Below, in pieces: positions 63,240 through 64,000 of a stretch of 64,000 bases of DNA. The notes under the pieces are model-generated. The model saw nothing but the letters and a program-made list of their open reading frames with translations, ran no database searches and had not been told where the DNA came from. The DNA is from Chiloscyllium plagiosum (taxonomy: Eukaryota), in NCBI RefSeq assembly GCF_004010195.1, contig NC_057733.1:2890148-2954147 (forward strand). Direction: 5' to 3'. The position numbers were made by a program, and so were the translations under genes. Numbering within the stretch: position 1 is the first letter of the stretch; every line of letters begins with the position of its first letter.

Positions 63240-64000
63240 CACTAAGGAGAAGGCGCTGGGAAGCTGGAAGGTCCGAAGGTGGATAAATAATCTGGACTAC
63301 ATCCTAGAGTTCAAACAGAAATAGTTGAGATTGCAGAGGCATTTGGTAATGACCCTTCAGAAAAAACTGGGAGTGCCCCAGATGACTTGGAAATGGCTGA
63401 TGTAACACCCTGTTTAAGGAGGGCAGAAGGGAGGCAGAATACAGAAAATCATCAACCGTTTATCCTGATCTTGGTTGTTCGTAAGATTTTAGAGCCCATT
63501 ATTAAAGATGAGATTGGTGGAGAAGTTAGAATTGCATGTTAAAATAGAGCTGAGTCAGCATAGCTTTGTCATGGGGAGGTTATGTCTGACAAATTTGTTA
63601 GACCTCCTTCGGGGGTAATGAGCAAGTTAGACAAAGGAGAGCCAATGGATGTCATCTGCTTGGATTTCAGGAATGCCTTTGACAAGGTACTGCACAGGAA
63701 ACTGCTAAACAAGATAAGAGCCCTTATTGGGGACAAGGTACTGGCATAAATGGAGATTTGACTGACTGGCAGAGGGCAGAGAGTAGGGGAAAAAAAGGAG
63801 TCTTTTACAGGATGGCAGCCTGTGATAAGTGGAGTTCTGCAGGGGTTAGTGTTGGGACCACAATGATTCACATTCTACATTAACAACCTGGGTGAAGGAA
63901 CTGAGGGCATTGTTGCTACATTTGCAGATGACACAAAGATAGGTTGAGGGACAGGCAGTGTTGAGGAAGTGGGAAGGTTGCGGAAAGACTTGGAGAGGCT
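63240..64000 (+). mobile_element. CR1 ORF2 RT fragment (runs off the window)
   Basis: DVICLDFRNAFDKV...QGLVLGP...FADDTK. Confidence 0.85.

Overview
Repeat-rich vertebrate genomic DNA. The repeat families (CR1/HER1-type LINEs, HE1-type tRNA SINEs, Penelope-like ends) point to a cartilaginous fish, probably a shark; this is an inference. Four spliced genes can be assembled by hand with GT-AG junctions and consistent phases. (1) A divergent WBP2/WBP2NL-family GRAM-domain gene on the minus strand has coding exons at 36170-36133, 21810-21702, 12593-12455 and 2850-2764; its 3' end lies beyond the left edge. (2) A complete ATP5PD (161 aa) is on the minus strand. (3) A complete KCTD2 (217 aa) is on the plus strand, head-to-head with ATP5PD across a ~110 bp bidirectional promoter. 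(4) An unrecognised two-exon gene on the minus strand (62969-62875 + 61524-61392) encodes a 75-aa single-transmembrane, coiled-coil microprotein, has an NRF1/ETS promoter, and is convergent with KCTD2; the ORF track shows it only in part. The rest is transposon-derived: many CR1 copies, a Gypsy remnant, solo LTRs, Rex/Babar, Tx1/L1 and Harbinger remnants, SINEs, a 44-bp minisatellite, and many Penelope-like terminal fragments carrying minimal hammerhead-ribozyme motifs. There are three N gaps (1610-1978, 25303-25693, 62130-62748). All family assignments come from recognising the sequence by eye; no searches were run.
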